Shown: in pieces, positions 1-9,086 of the stretch | How positions within the stretch are numbered: the first letter of the stretch is position 1 | Layout: each line of letters opens with the position of its first letter | From: Lysobacterales bacterium | GTDB lineage: Bacteria > Pseudomonadota > Gammaproteobacteria > Xanthomonadales > SZUA-5 | Assembly (NCBI GenBank): GCA_022844165.1 | Contig: JALHMH010000003.1 | Span: 160,001 to 224,000, forward strand | Reading direction: 5' to 3' | Length of the DNA stretch: 64,000 nucleotides | The notes under the pieces: generated by a model | What the model saw: the letters and a program-made list of their open reading frames with translations, nothing else | What the model was told of the DNA's origin: nothing | The model's database searches: none | Translations under genes and position numbers: made by a program

Positions 1-237
1 TTCGGCTCGGACTTCGACGCCGTAGAAGAGCGTACCGTCAGTGCGCTGCGCTGGCTCAAGGCCAATACGGTCCGTACGCCCGATCGCGTGCGCACCTTGT
101 TCGCCGCACTCGGCGCTCGCCCCGGCATTGAGGAAACCGCAGTGCTGAAGCGTCTAGATCTCGACCAGCCGAAAAGCTTCCATGAGCGACTGTACGCTAG
201 GTTGGTGACGTTGGCGCTGCGACGTTCGCATCAATGA
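1..237 (+). CDS. 3' end of a gene entering from the left edge, probably an acetyl-CoA hydrolase/transferase C-terminal region
   Basis: Frame 1 is open from base 1 to TGA at 235-237 (FGSDFDAVEERTVSALRWLK...LKRLDLDQPKSFHERLYARLV). It resembles gammaproteobacterial acetyl-CoA hydrolase C-termini as I recall them. Confidence 0.55.
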   Translation, partial: FGSDFDAVEERTVSALRWLKANTVRTPDRVRTLFAALGARPGIEETAVLKRLDLDQPKSFHERLYARLVTLALRRSHQ

Positions 238-321
238 GCCGACACTGCGCTCATCGGGCTTCTCGCCGGGCCGGTTGAAGATTGCGAGTTGCAGACCAGT
301 ATTGCTCGCCTCTGGAATCCG

Positions 322-523
322 TTTCTTCAAAGCGGCTGTGGCTTTTGCGGCCCCATGAATCAGGGGATAAGACTCGGCGCGGACACGCCGCAGGCGTGTG
401 CCGATCCAAAAGACCGGCGGCTTTGCCGCCAGGCCGGAAATGCGCGAAGCGCGCGGGCTTGTGGCGAGTACGCTGTCGAACGAAGCCAGCAATGCTCGTT
501 GATCTGAGGCGAAGCCTCGCTAG
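322..523 (+). repeat. Dispersed structured repeat, copy A (REP/MITE-like)
   Basis: Starts TTTCTTCAAAGCGGCTGTGGCTTTTG and ends CGAAGCCAGCAATGCTCG..TCTGAGGCGAAGCCTCGCTAG. Aligns with 522-701 and with the reverse complement of 39030-39249. Confidence 0.85.
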
Positions 524-701
524 AGTCCTTGACGGAGCCGGATCTTGTCAATTGAGTCTGTTTCTTCAGAGCGGTTTTGGCTTTGGCAGCCCCCTTAAAT
601 TAAGGGGGCGATTGAGCGCGCAGCGCTCGATGGGGGTTGTGGAAAGTACGGTGTCTGGCGAAGCCAACAATGCTCGGCGGTCTGAGGCGAAGCCTCGCTA
701 G
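522..701 (+). repeat. Dispersed structured repeat, copy B (different internal segment)
   Basis: AGAGTCCTTGAC...TTTCTTCAGAGCGGTTTTGGCTTTGG...CGAAGCCAACAATGCTCGGCGGTCTGAGGCGAAGCCTCGCTAG. The terminal CTA is the TAG stop of the minus-strand gene ending at 698. Confidence 0.85.
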
Positions 702-1411
702 AAGTTGTACACCAGATTGGTCGTGAACAATGAGTCGGTCTTTTCCAGGCCGGGCGCAACATCCGTGTTGTGGCGGAACTGCAGCCCAGCCTTGAGCGCG
801 AGCCGGTCACTCATCTTCACCACCAACCCGGCGTCGTTCTGGGCAAAGGTGTTATCCGAGCCAGCTTCAAGCAACAAGGTGTTTTCGAAGCTGGTGGTCT
901 CGGTCAACACATGCTTGAATCCCATCAAACCGCGCACGATGAACTCGCCGTCGGTCTCGCCGCTGACCACTTCCTTAAAGCGCCGGTAACCGGGTCCGCC
1001 TTCGAACAACCACTCGGTGGCATCGTTCTTGATCGCGTAATAACCGTAGCTCAACGCGGCGATCGCCTGATAGTCGAACGGCGCGAAGTCGTCGTTTTCG
1101 TATCGCAGCGAGCCATTGAGGTAGCTGCGTTCATCGAACTTGTAGGCTGACGAACCGGTCAGTTCATAGCGGTTGGCGGTCAACACCAACTCGTCGGTGC
1201 CGGCCACTTCACCTTTCTGACGCAGTACGGCGAAACCGAGGGCGTGTTTCCACTGCGCATCTTCGAGCGTAAGTCCCAGCCTGGCGTTCAACGATTCGGT
1301 TTCCGAGTTGCCTCGCGACAGCGCAAGGCCCAGTTCACCCGCACCCTTCCAACCTTCGGCAAGCGAAGCGCTCGACAACGCTAAAAGTGCCACAACAGAA
1401 ATGCAACGCAT
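698..1411 (-). CDS. DUF481/YdiY-family outer-membrane beta-barrel protein
   Basis: Signal peptide, WKGAGELG..SRGNSET start, alternating beta-strand pattern, GPGYR motif, C-terminal LVYNF beta-signal. Confidence 0.85.
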   Translation of the reverse strand: MRCISVVALLALSSASLAEGWKGAGELGLALSRGNSETESLNARLGLTLEDAQWKHALGFAVLRQKGEVAGTDELVLTANRYELTGSSAYKFDERSYLNGSLRYENDDFAPFDYQAIAALSYGYYAIKNDATEWLFEGGPGYRRFKEVVSGETDGEFIVRGLMGFKHVLTETTSFENTLLLEAGSDNTFAQNDAGLVVKMSDRLALKAGLQFRHNTDVAPGLEKTDSLFTTNLVYNF

Positions 1412-1483
1412 CTAAATTGTCCTGATCAGAAAAACCGCACGAATGCTGGTTCGCCGGCGCTGAATTGCCGGTGAAGCGGCACG

Positions 1484-2281
1484 CTATCGATTCAGGAAGA
1501 AGCTAAAGACCATGTCGGCAATCAAAATGGCGCAGATGCTGTAAACCACGGCGCGCGTAGTGGCACGGCCTACGCCTTCGGCGCCGCCTGTGACCGAAAA
1601 GCCGGTCGCGACGCCAATCAGCACGATCAAAACGCCGAACACCACGCTCTTGATCAGTCCCTGATTGATGTCCCAGGGCTCAAGTACGATCAAACACTGG
1701 TAGAGGAATCCAGACAGGCTCATATCGACGCTGCCCAGGGCGAACAGTGCGCCGCCGACGATCGCAAAAAAGTCGGCGATCAACGTCAGGCACGGCAGCA
1801 TCACGATCGTCGCGATCATCGGAGGTGCTGCGAGATAGCGTACCGGCTCAACGCCGATGACGCGCAGGGCGTCTATTTCCTGCGAAACCACCATCGAACC
1901 CAGGCGAGCAGCCAAAGCCGATGCCGAACGGCCCGCGACGACGATGCCCGTAATCAGTGGCCCGAACTCGCGCGTCACGCCGATTCCCAGGCCTACAACG
2001 ATGGCACTCTCGGCACCGAATCGCTCCAATTGCGCGATACCGTTGATCGCCAGGCTCAAGCCGATGGTCACCGCCAATAGCGAAACGATTGGGACCGCAT
2101 CGACGCCAATTTGCCGCATCTGCTCAAACACCGCCTTGACGCGCAACGGCTGCCCGACGCGCCAACCGAAGAAAGTGAAGTAGAAGGTCTCGACCAGCAG
2201 CGCCCCGTAGTAGCCGAGTTCCAACAATGCCGCCTGCGTATTGCGGCCCAGATTGACAATGGCGTTGTACGCTGAAGTCAT
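1484..2281 (-). CDS. MlaE-family ABC transporter permease
   Basis: REFGPLITGIVVAGRSASALAARLGSMVVSQEIDALRVIG and GGAEGVGRATTRAVV are typical MlaE/YrbE motifs. Confidence 0.9.
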   Translation of the reverse strand: MTSAYNAIVNLGRNTQAALLELGYYGALLVETFYFTFFGWRVGQPLRVKAVFEQMRQIGVDAVPIVSLLAVTIGLSLAINGIAQLERFGAESAIVVGLGIGVTREFGPLITGIVVAGRSASALAARLGSMVVSQEIDALRVIGVEPVRYLAAPPMIATIVMLPCLTLIADFFAIVGGALFALGSVDMSLSGFLYQCLIVLEPWDINQGLIKSVVFGVLIVLIGVATGFSVTGGAEGVGRATTRAVVYSICAILIADMVFSFFLNR

Positions 2282-2370
2282 GGTGTCTTATCGACCCGCG
2301 AAGTTCGGAGCGAACCCTGACTGTTGCAGGGTCGCCGCGGTTCTCGCCTCTGCTGTTGAGCAAACCAGGA

Positions 2371-2703
2371 TCACTTGTTCGCTTCGTCCAGGTTGGCAAA
2401 AATCGGAAAGACGCGGTCGAGACGGGCCAGTTCGAGCACAGCGTGCACGGGTTTGCTCACCGCAACCAGATTGAACCGTTGCCCTTTGCCGCGGGCATTC
2501 TGAAAACCCTCGACAAGCGCCGCGATCCCGGAGGAATCAATGTACGTGACTTGCGACAGGTCCACGGCTACAGGCCGGCCGGTCGCCAGTGCATCGAGGA
2601 TCGTCTTGCGCAGACGCTGCGACCACGACAAGTCGACCTCGCCGCTGACGCGAACGAGCTTAAAGCCTTGCTGATCTTCGGTGGCGCAATGATTCTGAGT
2701 CAT
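2371..2703 (-). CDS. STAS-domain anti-sigma factor antagonist (RsbV/SpoIIAA-like)
   Basis: GEVDL...VDLSQVTYIDSSGIAALV with the conserved phosphoacceptor Ser; 110 aa. Confidence 0.9.
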   Translation of the reverse strand: MTQNHCATEDQQGFKLVRVSGEVDLSWSQRLRKTILDALATGRPVAVDLSQVTYIDSSGIAALVEGFQNARGKGQRFNLVAVSKPVHAVLELARLDRVFPIFANLDEANK

Positions 2704-2886
2704 GGTTCGCGGCTGGCAAAAAGTAAATGTCGATAGCGATGGAGTTCACCTGGCGAGCGCGTGCCAAAAGGCGCCAGAATGACTTCGCTGACCTCCGGCG
2801 CCTACACTAGGCTATGAAGCGTCAAAGGTAAAAGGTCAAAATGCCAATCCTGCGCTCGGCTTCCTATCGCTTTGCCGCCGCGCACG

Positions 2887-4539
2887 CTACGGCAGACGTT
2901 TGACCATTCTCAACAAGTTGCCACCGCCGTCGGGTCGCAGGAATGTCCACTCGTCCATCACCGAATCGATCAGGTTGATGCCCAGGCCGCCCGGGCGACA
3001 CTCGCTCAGGTCCCTGGGGCGAATGCGAGTGGCGTCGACGGGCGATGCGAAGTCGCGCAGTTCGAAACGTACCGCGCCTGGATCAAGCCAAAACGAGAGC
3101 TCGACGCGCCCATCGATGCTGCCGCCATAGGCGTGGCGAATGACATTGGCGACGGCTTCGTCGACACTCAGGACCAGGCGTTGCCGTTCGGTCTCGTTGA
3201 AACCCAAACCCACGACAATATCGCTGACCGCACGGCGCACCAGACATAGGTTTTGAGGGTCGCTCAGACCGCCCATGCCGCCGAGATAGCGCGTTGGCGC
3301 GTCGTCATCTGCAAGCAACATCAATGTGGTGTCATCCGCCAGAGCGAGCTTTCGCAAGTGCCCGACCATCGCCCGCACTCGCGCCCGCGGCGACACGCCT
3401 GCCACGCGTTTGATCAAATCGCGAACGCCGTCCATGCCGATCGGCCGGCGATCCGGGCCACGTACATCGGTGACGCCATCGGAAAAAGCGTACAACGAAC
3501 CGCCCGCGAGCGCGAGACGTTGTGCGTCGTACCCGGTGTCCTTGAGGATTCCCAACGGCGGGCCGTCGGCCGGTATCTCCCGGAACCGGCCGTCGCGATA
3601 CAGTAACAGTGGTGGGAAGCCCGCAGAGGCCAGCTCAATCTGGCTGGTGTTTCGGTCCAGGTAGCCAACCAGCGCGCAAACGAACATCCCGCGCGTGACG
3701 GTTTCGCATAACTCCTGATTGACCCGCGACAGCCACACGCCGGGCGTGGCGCCGTCCTTGCCAGCCCAGCGTAAACAGCTCGACGCGCGCACCATCAGAA
3801 GCGCGGCGTCCATACCCTTGCCGGCCACATCGCCGACACAGAATGCTATCCGACCATCGTCGACCTCGAAGTAGTCGTAGAAGTCGCCGGAAATCTCGCG
3901 CGCAGGCAGATTCATTGCAACGATCGGAAGATCGCGGCGGCGCGGCGGCAACAGCGTCTTTTGCATTTGCCGCGCAAGCTGGAATTCGCGTTTGATTCGG
4001 TTCTGCTCGACCAGCTCACGCGACAAACGGGCATTGTTCAAGGCCAGGGCGGTCGGGACCGCGAGCAGGCGCAACACGTCGGCATCATGCGTATCGAACA
4101 AGGCGCCGTCGCGTTTGTTCAGTACCTGCAAAGCGCCAATCGGTCCGTTGGCGCTGTCCAGCGGCGCGCTCAAGATCGAGCGCGACAGGAATCCGCGCTG
4201 ATTGCCCAGAAAGTCAGGATCACGGGTGGTATCGCGAACCAATTGAACGCGATTCTCGGCAATCGCTCGACCGACGATGCCCTTGCCGCGTTCGACGCGA
4301 AGGCCCACCACATCAACCGGCCCGGCGCTCGCGCGGCAAACGCTGCTGCCGTCCTCATCGACCAAAAAAACCGCCGCCGCTTCGGCATTCATGTATTCGG
4401 CGATCTGCGCCACGGCGCGTCGCAGGGTCTCGTCAATATCCAACGTCGCCGCGAAGGCGTGCGAAAAATCGGCAAGGATGCCGACCTCCTCGGCACCGAT
4501 ACTGCGATCCCGCGCCGACACGGCCGTTGGCAGTGTCAC
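2887..4539 (-). CDS. GAF + SpoIIE/PP2C phosphatase + RsbW-like HATPase fusion
   Basis: GAF (LSAPL..GPIGALQVLNK), PP2C (ISGDFYD, GDVAGKG, FSDGVTD, DDTT), HATPase (DEAVANVIRHAY, PGGLGINLI). GTG at 4539 overlaps the pssA stop (GTGA). Confidence 0.88.
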   Translation of the reverse strand: MTLPTAVSARDRSIGAEEVGILADFSHAFAATLDIDETLRRAVAQIAEYMNAEAAAVFLVDEDGSSVCRASAGPVDVVGLRVERGKGIVGRAIAENRVQLVRDTTRDPDFLGNQRGFLSRSILSAPLDSANGPIGALQVLNKRDGALFDTHDADVLRLLAVPTALALNNARLSRELVEQNRIKREFQLARQMQKTLLPPRRRDLPIVAMNLPAREISGDFYDYFEVDDGRIAFCVGDVAGKGMDAALLMVRASSCLRWAGKDGATPGVWLSRVNQELCETVTRGMFVCALVGYLDRNTSQIELASAGFPPLLLYRDGRFREIPADGPPLGILKDTGYDAQRLALAGGSLYAFSDGVTDVRGPDRRPIGMDGVRDLIKRVAGVSPRARVRAMVGHLRKLALADDTTLMLLADDDAPTRYLGGMGGLSDPQNLCLVRRAVSDIVVGLGFNETERQRLVLSVDEAVANVIRHAYGGSIDGRVELSFWLDPGAVRFELRDFASPVDATRIRPRDLSECRPGGLGINLIDSVMDEWTFLRPDGGGNLLRMVKRLP

Positions 4540-5294
4540 GCCGCAGCTCCACGTTTGCGCAATCGACGCCATGCCCACATGGCCGGGCCGCTGGCGATGT
4601 AAACAAGACCAATGACCAGCAGCATCGAGGGCGGATGCGCAGCCACCGGGATGATGGCGAGAATGGTCAGCAACACCCAGAAGAAGGGCACACGCTCGGG
4701 CCAGACCTTGAAGCTGTAATACGGAATGCGACTCACCATCAGCAATGCCAGGGTCATCGTCAGAGCCAGCGCGAACCAGCGGGTACCCGTTCCGAATACC
4801 GAGAAGTCCTCCATCGCCCAAACGAAAGCCATCAGCGTGCCGGCGGCCGCAGGACTGGCCAGGCCGGTGAAAAAACGCTTGTCGCCGCTACCAGCCTGAG
4901 TATTGAAGCGCGCCAGACGCAACGCCGCGCAGGCCGCGTACAAAAAAGCGATCAGCCAACCCAGTTTGCCAGCGAAATTGCCATAGCTGCGAAGGTCAGC
5001 GAGCGCCCACATATAAACAATGAGCGCCGGCGCCAGTCCGAAACTGATCAGGTCCGACAGCGAATCGTATTGCACACCGAATTCGCTTTGAGTATTGGTC
5101 ATACGCGCGACGCGGCCATCCAGACCGTCGAACAACCCAGCCACGAAGACCGCAACGACGGCAGCAACGAATTGCTCGTTGATGCCGGCAACGATGGCAT
5201 AGAAGCCGCTGAACATCGCGCCCGTGGTCAGCAGGTTCGGTAGCAAGTAAATGCCGGGCGGCCGCCGCTTTTGGTCGGTATCGGATTCAGTCAT
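4536..5294 (-). CDS. pssA: CDP-diacylglycerol--serine O-phosphatidyltransferase
   Basis: GIYLLPNLLTT, DGLDGRVAR..SEFGVQYDSLSDLISFGLAP, LRLARFN (CDP-alcohol phosphatidyltransferase signature). Confidence 0.92.
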   Translation of the reverse strand: MTESDTDQKRRPPGIYLLPNLLTTGAMFSGFYAIVAGINEQFVAAVVAVFVAGLFDGLDGRVARMTNTQSEFGVQYDSLSDLISFGLAPALIVYMWALADLRSYGNFAGKLGWLIAFLYAACAALRLARFNTQAGSGDKRFFTGLASPAAAGTLMAFVWAMEDFSVFGTGTRWFALALTMTLALLMVSRIPYYSFKVWPERVPFFWVLLTILAIIPVAAHPPSMLLVIGLVYIASGPAMWAWRRLRKRGAAA

Positions 5295-5403
5295 GCGCGG
5301 TCGAACGCCAGTTAAAGAATGTGGTCATTGTATCGCCACGACCAGTCGATGTTGTCGTAAGCTGTAGCAATCGCTTTGTTAGCACAAACAAAAGGAGCTT
5401 GCC

Positions 5404-5814
5404 GTGCGCATCGTTGCCGCCATCGCATTGACGCTGTTCGCTGCCGGTGCTCTCGCGCAAGACGCGAGTCCGACGCAGGATGCCAACAAGGTGTACAAGT
5501 GGACCGACGAAAACGGGACTGTGCATTTTTCGCCGAAACCCCCGGAGAACAACAAGGCCGAAGAAGTGGCGCTGCGCAAGGGTCCAGCTGTGGTCGTGCC
5601 GACGGGTCCGACCGAAGAAGAGATGATTGCCAAACGCTGCAAACAACATGAAGAAAATCTGGCTCTGCTGGCCGACAAAGAAAAAACCTTGACCATCGGC
5701 GATGGCGCCAACAAGCGCGAACTGACGGCCAAAGAGCGTGACGACCAGTTGGCGATCGCCAAGGCCTCTCTTGAACTATGCCGGTTGACGAAGGCTGCCC
5801 CGACCACACCGTGA
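5404..5814 (+). CDS. DUF4124-domain secreted protein
   Basis: Signal peptide, then VYKWTDENGTVHFSPKPP; Cys pair in the C-terminal helix. Confidence 0.85.
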   Translation: MRIVAAIALTLFAAGALAQDASPTQDANKVYKWTDENGTVHFSPKPPENNKAEEVALRKGPAVVVPTGPTEEEMIAKRCKQHEENLALLADKEKTLTIGDGANKRELTAKERDDQLAIAKASLELCRLTKAAPTTP

Positions 5815-5822
5815 CGCTCGTC

Positions 5823-6104
5823 ATGCGTCAACGCGGCGGCGCTGGGCTGTGGGTTCTTTTGGCGCTCGCGCTTGCCGCAGTGGGGTTCGCATGGTGGCGA
5901 TTTTTCCCAGATTCGCTGCCCACGACCGTACGCCAGGTGACGCCACCGTCCCCAACTTCAAGCCCCGTGCTGTACAAATGGCGGGATGCCAAGGGCAACC
6001 TGAATTACACCGACACACCGCCGGCAGATCGGCCGTTCGAAAAGGTGCAGATTGACCCAAATACGAATGTGTTGCCTTCCGGTGTCGCACCTGAGCCGGG
6101 CTGA
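5823..6104 (+). CDS. DUF4124-domain membrane-anchored protein
   Basis: TM segment, then LYKWRDAKGNLNYTDTPP. Start is ATG 5823 or GTG 5811, which overlaps the upstream stop. Confidence 0.8.
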   Translation: MRQRGGAGLWVLLALALAAVGFAWWRFFPDSLPTTVRQVTPPSPTSSPVLYKWRDAKGNLNYTDTPPADRPFEKVQIDPNTNVLPSGVAPEPG

Positions 6105-6159
6105 TCGGGCGCACGCTGGTCGCGGTAAGGCAAGGGCCGTACACGAAGTTCGTGCGTCA

Positions 6160-6186
6160 GGCGCCGCCCGTTGAGGAGCGGCGCCG
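6160..6186. terminator. GC-rich hairpin between convergent genes (possible terminator)
   Basis: GGCGCCGC-loop-GCGGCGCC, with no strong U tract. Confidence 0.3.
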
Positions 6187-6234
6187 TCCCATGAAAACGG
6201 AAACTCCGCTTTAGGCGCCGGCTCCGCCGTCACC

Positions 6235-8820
6235 TCATTCAAAACCGTTCTGGAACAACGCATCGTTGTTCGCGGTCGGCAAAGGCCAAACCCACGCACC
6301 GCGCGAACGTGTCCACACAGCGAGCGTTGTGAAACCGCGATCGATGGTCACATCCCAGATCATGACGTTCGGCAGCCCAAGGTGCTTTTGCCAGACCACG
6401 GGATTCGCTTCGACGTCGTCGGTGTAATAAAGCCCCCAGTCGGAACCGGCGAACACTTGGGTGGGACGGTTTGGATTGACGATGACGCTATTGACCGGGA
6501 TGTTCGGCAAGTTACCGGAGACATCGCGCCAGACGAAGCTCGCGCAGTTGACGGTGCATTTGACCTGAAACACATGACCCGGCGTCGTGGGTGTGTTCTG
6601 GTCGAAACCGGCCATCACCGCGTAACCGATCAACGGATCGACGGGGTCGGTGGCGACATCAAGCACGAAGCGGTTCGGCAGCACGGTGTTGTTACCGGTG
6701 ACGTTCACCCAGGTCGCTGAATTGGCGATGTTCTGGCCCATGTTGAAGCCGAACCAGACGTTGCCATCATTGGTGCCGGCGATGGCGACATCAGGCGTGT
6801 TGACTGCATAGGCGACCTGATTAATGAACGAACGGTCGCCCAGGGTTCCCTTGGTCAGATCAGGACTGTTCGGTACCCAGCTTGACGTTGGAATGCCACC
6901 CGACACCGATTCCCAGACGCGGAAACTACCGGCAATGATCCTCCCGCAGCCGGTGGCAGCCGGGCAGCCGGTGGTTTCGCCACCAAACCGATACAGATCG
7001 AAGTTGGTCAGAAAGCTCTTGCGATCGCCGCCCCAGCCGCTCGGTGCCGCGGCAACGGTGGACGTGCCACCCAGGCCACCGCTCGCGCTGGTCGTCGCCA
7101 CGATGTTGCCGCTCTGGCTGGAGTAGTACCAGCGCTGCTGCAAGATGGGTTCAATCGTGCTCCAAATGCCGTCGCCACCGTTTCTTGAGAACCATCGTGC
7201 CGCTCCAATGCTGCTGCCCGGCCATGTCGCGACCATGCACGAATTGTCCTGCGCGCCACCGACCGCACTGACGTTGGCCGACGTGTTGAAGTTCGGTGTG
7301 ATGCCGCCGGAGTAGAACTCGATTGTGTTGAGCGTTTCGTTCAGCGAGGTCCACGTGGGACTGCTGGCCAATGCATTGGGTGCGTAATAAACGCCACCAT
7401 CGGTGCCAATCAGCAGCCGGTTTGGATCGCCCAGCACAAAAGCGAGCGCATGGTGATCGACGTGCGGCAGTGTGCCAGTGCCGACGAAACTGCTGCCGCC
7501 GTTGGTCGACCGAAAAGTGCGGAATGCGCTCAGGAAAACATTGTTGGAATTGGTGGGGTCGACCAGCATGCCAGCGTTGTACCAACTCTGCGTACCGGCG
7601 CCGGTGATGTTGCCGACTTGCGGCTGGGTCCAGTTAGCGCCGCCGTCGATGCTCTTCCACACCCCCAGAATCGTAGCAGAGTTGTTCGGCACGGCCACCT
7701 GCGCATAGATGATGTTCGGGTCGGTCGGCGAACCGGCGATATCGATGCGACCCAGCGGATTGGGTGTGCTGACGTTGCCCGCGGCCGTGCCGGCCGGCCA
7801 GCCGTTGTCGGCGCGTGAGATGGTGGTAAACGTCGGGCAACCGCTGGCTGGGACGGTGGCGCTGTAAAGACCATTCGCGCCATTGCGTTCCAGCCCCGTT
7901 TGCACCGTTGTCGCGAACGCACGCACGCCGACAGAGGCGACGATGCGCGTCGTTGCACCAAGATCGGTCAAGATCAATCCGGTGATGTCCTGGCGCTGAC
8001 CGGGAAACGCATTCGTGGGGCAGGCACCGGTCCAGGTGTCGCCGCCATTGTAAGAAATGTACAGTCCGGTCTTGGCACCAACGATAACGATATTGGAATT
8101 GTTCGGATCGACCTCGACCTTGCCGATGGCCTGATATTGCGGTGGCGCGTTGACGTTTGGCGCATAAAACGGATTGAACACATCTGCGCCCTTCACCGTC
8201 CAGGTCTCGCCACCATCCACCGATTTCAACACGCCATTCGAGCCAAAGGAGAACGAGCCATAGCGCAGATCGCCAGTACCGGCGTACAGCACGTCGGGGT
8301 TGTTTGGATCGATCGCCATGGCGCCGATGGCGCTGTTTTGGATCGGTTCGGTGGTCGCTGAGATATCGGTTGTGTTACGCCAGGTCGTCGCCGCGCTGCA
8401 GCAGTTGGTCGTTTTCCAAACGCCGCCGCCGTCCGAGCCCATCCAGGCGATGGCCGAATCGGTTGGATGGGTGATGATCACGTTCGTGCGCCCGGCAAAA
8501 CCGCCGCCAGTACCCAATGGCCGTGGCCCGAGCGGCGTGAACACGTTCGGCGGCAAATTGCCGCTCCCGCGGAAGGCCTCAATACCCTGTGGCAAGGCCT
8601 GATTGACCTGTGCAGCCTCTTGCGCGGCGTCTATCAGCCAGCTGGGACTAAAGTGCCCGGTCGGATAGGTGGCGCGGTCGCCCCAGAACGGACCCAGATA
8701 AGCTTCCTTGGCGAGCTTGCCGGTGAGCGGCACCGGATCTGCCACCGTCGCGACCTTGGGTGAAGACGCACACGACGCCAAAACAGCGGCGGCAAGAACA
8801 AAAAATGATGTTCGGAACAT
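6235..8820 (-). CDS. Large secreted lipoprotein with BNR/Asp-box beta-propeller repeats (VPS10/GH74-like) and C-terminal DALFQNGFE
   Basis: MFRTSFFVLAAAVLASC lipobox; repeated SxDGGxTW (KSVDGGETW, SYNGGDTW, KSIDGGANW, RSTNGG); HVDHHAL, GGAQDN and GGDG motifs. Confidence 0.8.
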   Translation of the reverse strand: MFRTSFFVLAAAVLASCASSPKVATVADPVPLTGKLAKEAYLGPFWGDRATYPTGHFSPSWLIDAAQEAAQVNQALPQGIEAFRGSGNLPPNVFTPLGPRPLGTGGGFAGRTNVIITHPTDSAIAWMGSDGGGVWKTTNCCSAATTWRNTTDISATTEPIQNSAIGAMAIDPNNPDVLYAGTGDLRYGSFSFGSNGVLKSVDGGETWTVKGADVFNPFYAPNVNAPPQYQAIGKVEVDPNNSNIVIVGAKTGLYISYNGGDTWTGACPTNAFPGQRQDITGLILTDLGATTRIVASVGVRAFATTVQTGLERNGANGLYSATVPASGCPTFTTISRADNGWPAGTAAGNVSTPNPLGRIDIAGSPTDPNIIYAQVAVPNNSATILGVWKSIDGGANWTQPQVGNITGAGTQSWYNAGMLVDPTNSNNVFLSAFRTFRSTNGGSSFVGTGTLPHVDHHALAFVLGDPNRLLIGTDGGVYYAPNALASSPTWTSLNETLNTIEFYSGGITPNFNTSANVSAVGGAQDNSCMVATWPGSSIGAARWFSRNGGDGIWSTIEPILQQRWYYSSQSGNIVATTSASGGLGGTSTVAAAPSGWGGDRKSFLTNFDLYRFGGETTGCPAATGCGRIIAGSFRVWESVSGGIPTSSWVPNSPDLTKGTLGDRSFINQVAYAVNTPDVAIAGTNDGNVWFGFNMGQNIANSATWVNVTGNNTVLPNRFVLDVATDPVDPLIGYAVMAGFDQNTPTTPGHVFQVKCTVNCASFVWRDVSGNLPNIPVNSVIVNPNRPTQVFAGSDWGLYYTDDVEANPVVWQKHLGLPNVMIWDVTIDRGFTTLAVWTRSRGAWVWPLPTANNDALFQNGFE

Positions 8821-9086
8821 AGACGGCGACCTGGGGGGCGAACGAGTCGCTGAAGTTTGCATGTCGACTCGACATCCAGCAAGTGCTAAGCCCTCGTTGG
8901 CGCCCGCGACCGACCTGACGCCCGGAATGTGCCAGCTCCGAGGTTGAAAACAACTGGGTTCAAGGCGCGTCGCACCCTGTCCCCACGCGGGATCCACTCC
9001 CGTTATCCAACGTGTCATCGCCAGCCATCGCAATGTGGGTTCTACTCGCGGGGTGTTGTGTTGGTCAGGTCAGCCGGGAACGTTTA

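Noticed and set aside
154-701. Short ORFs over the left repeat (and 39013-39257 over the right copy), sharing EHCWLR-like peptides
   Set aside because: The similarity comes from the nucleotide repeat; there is no RBS, codon bias or consistent frame.
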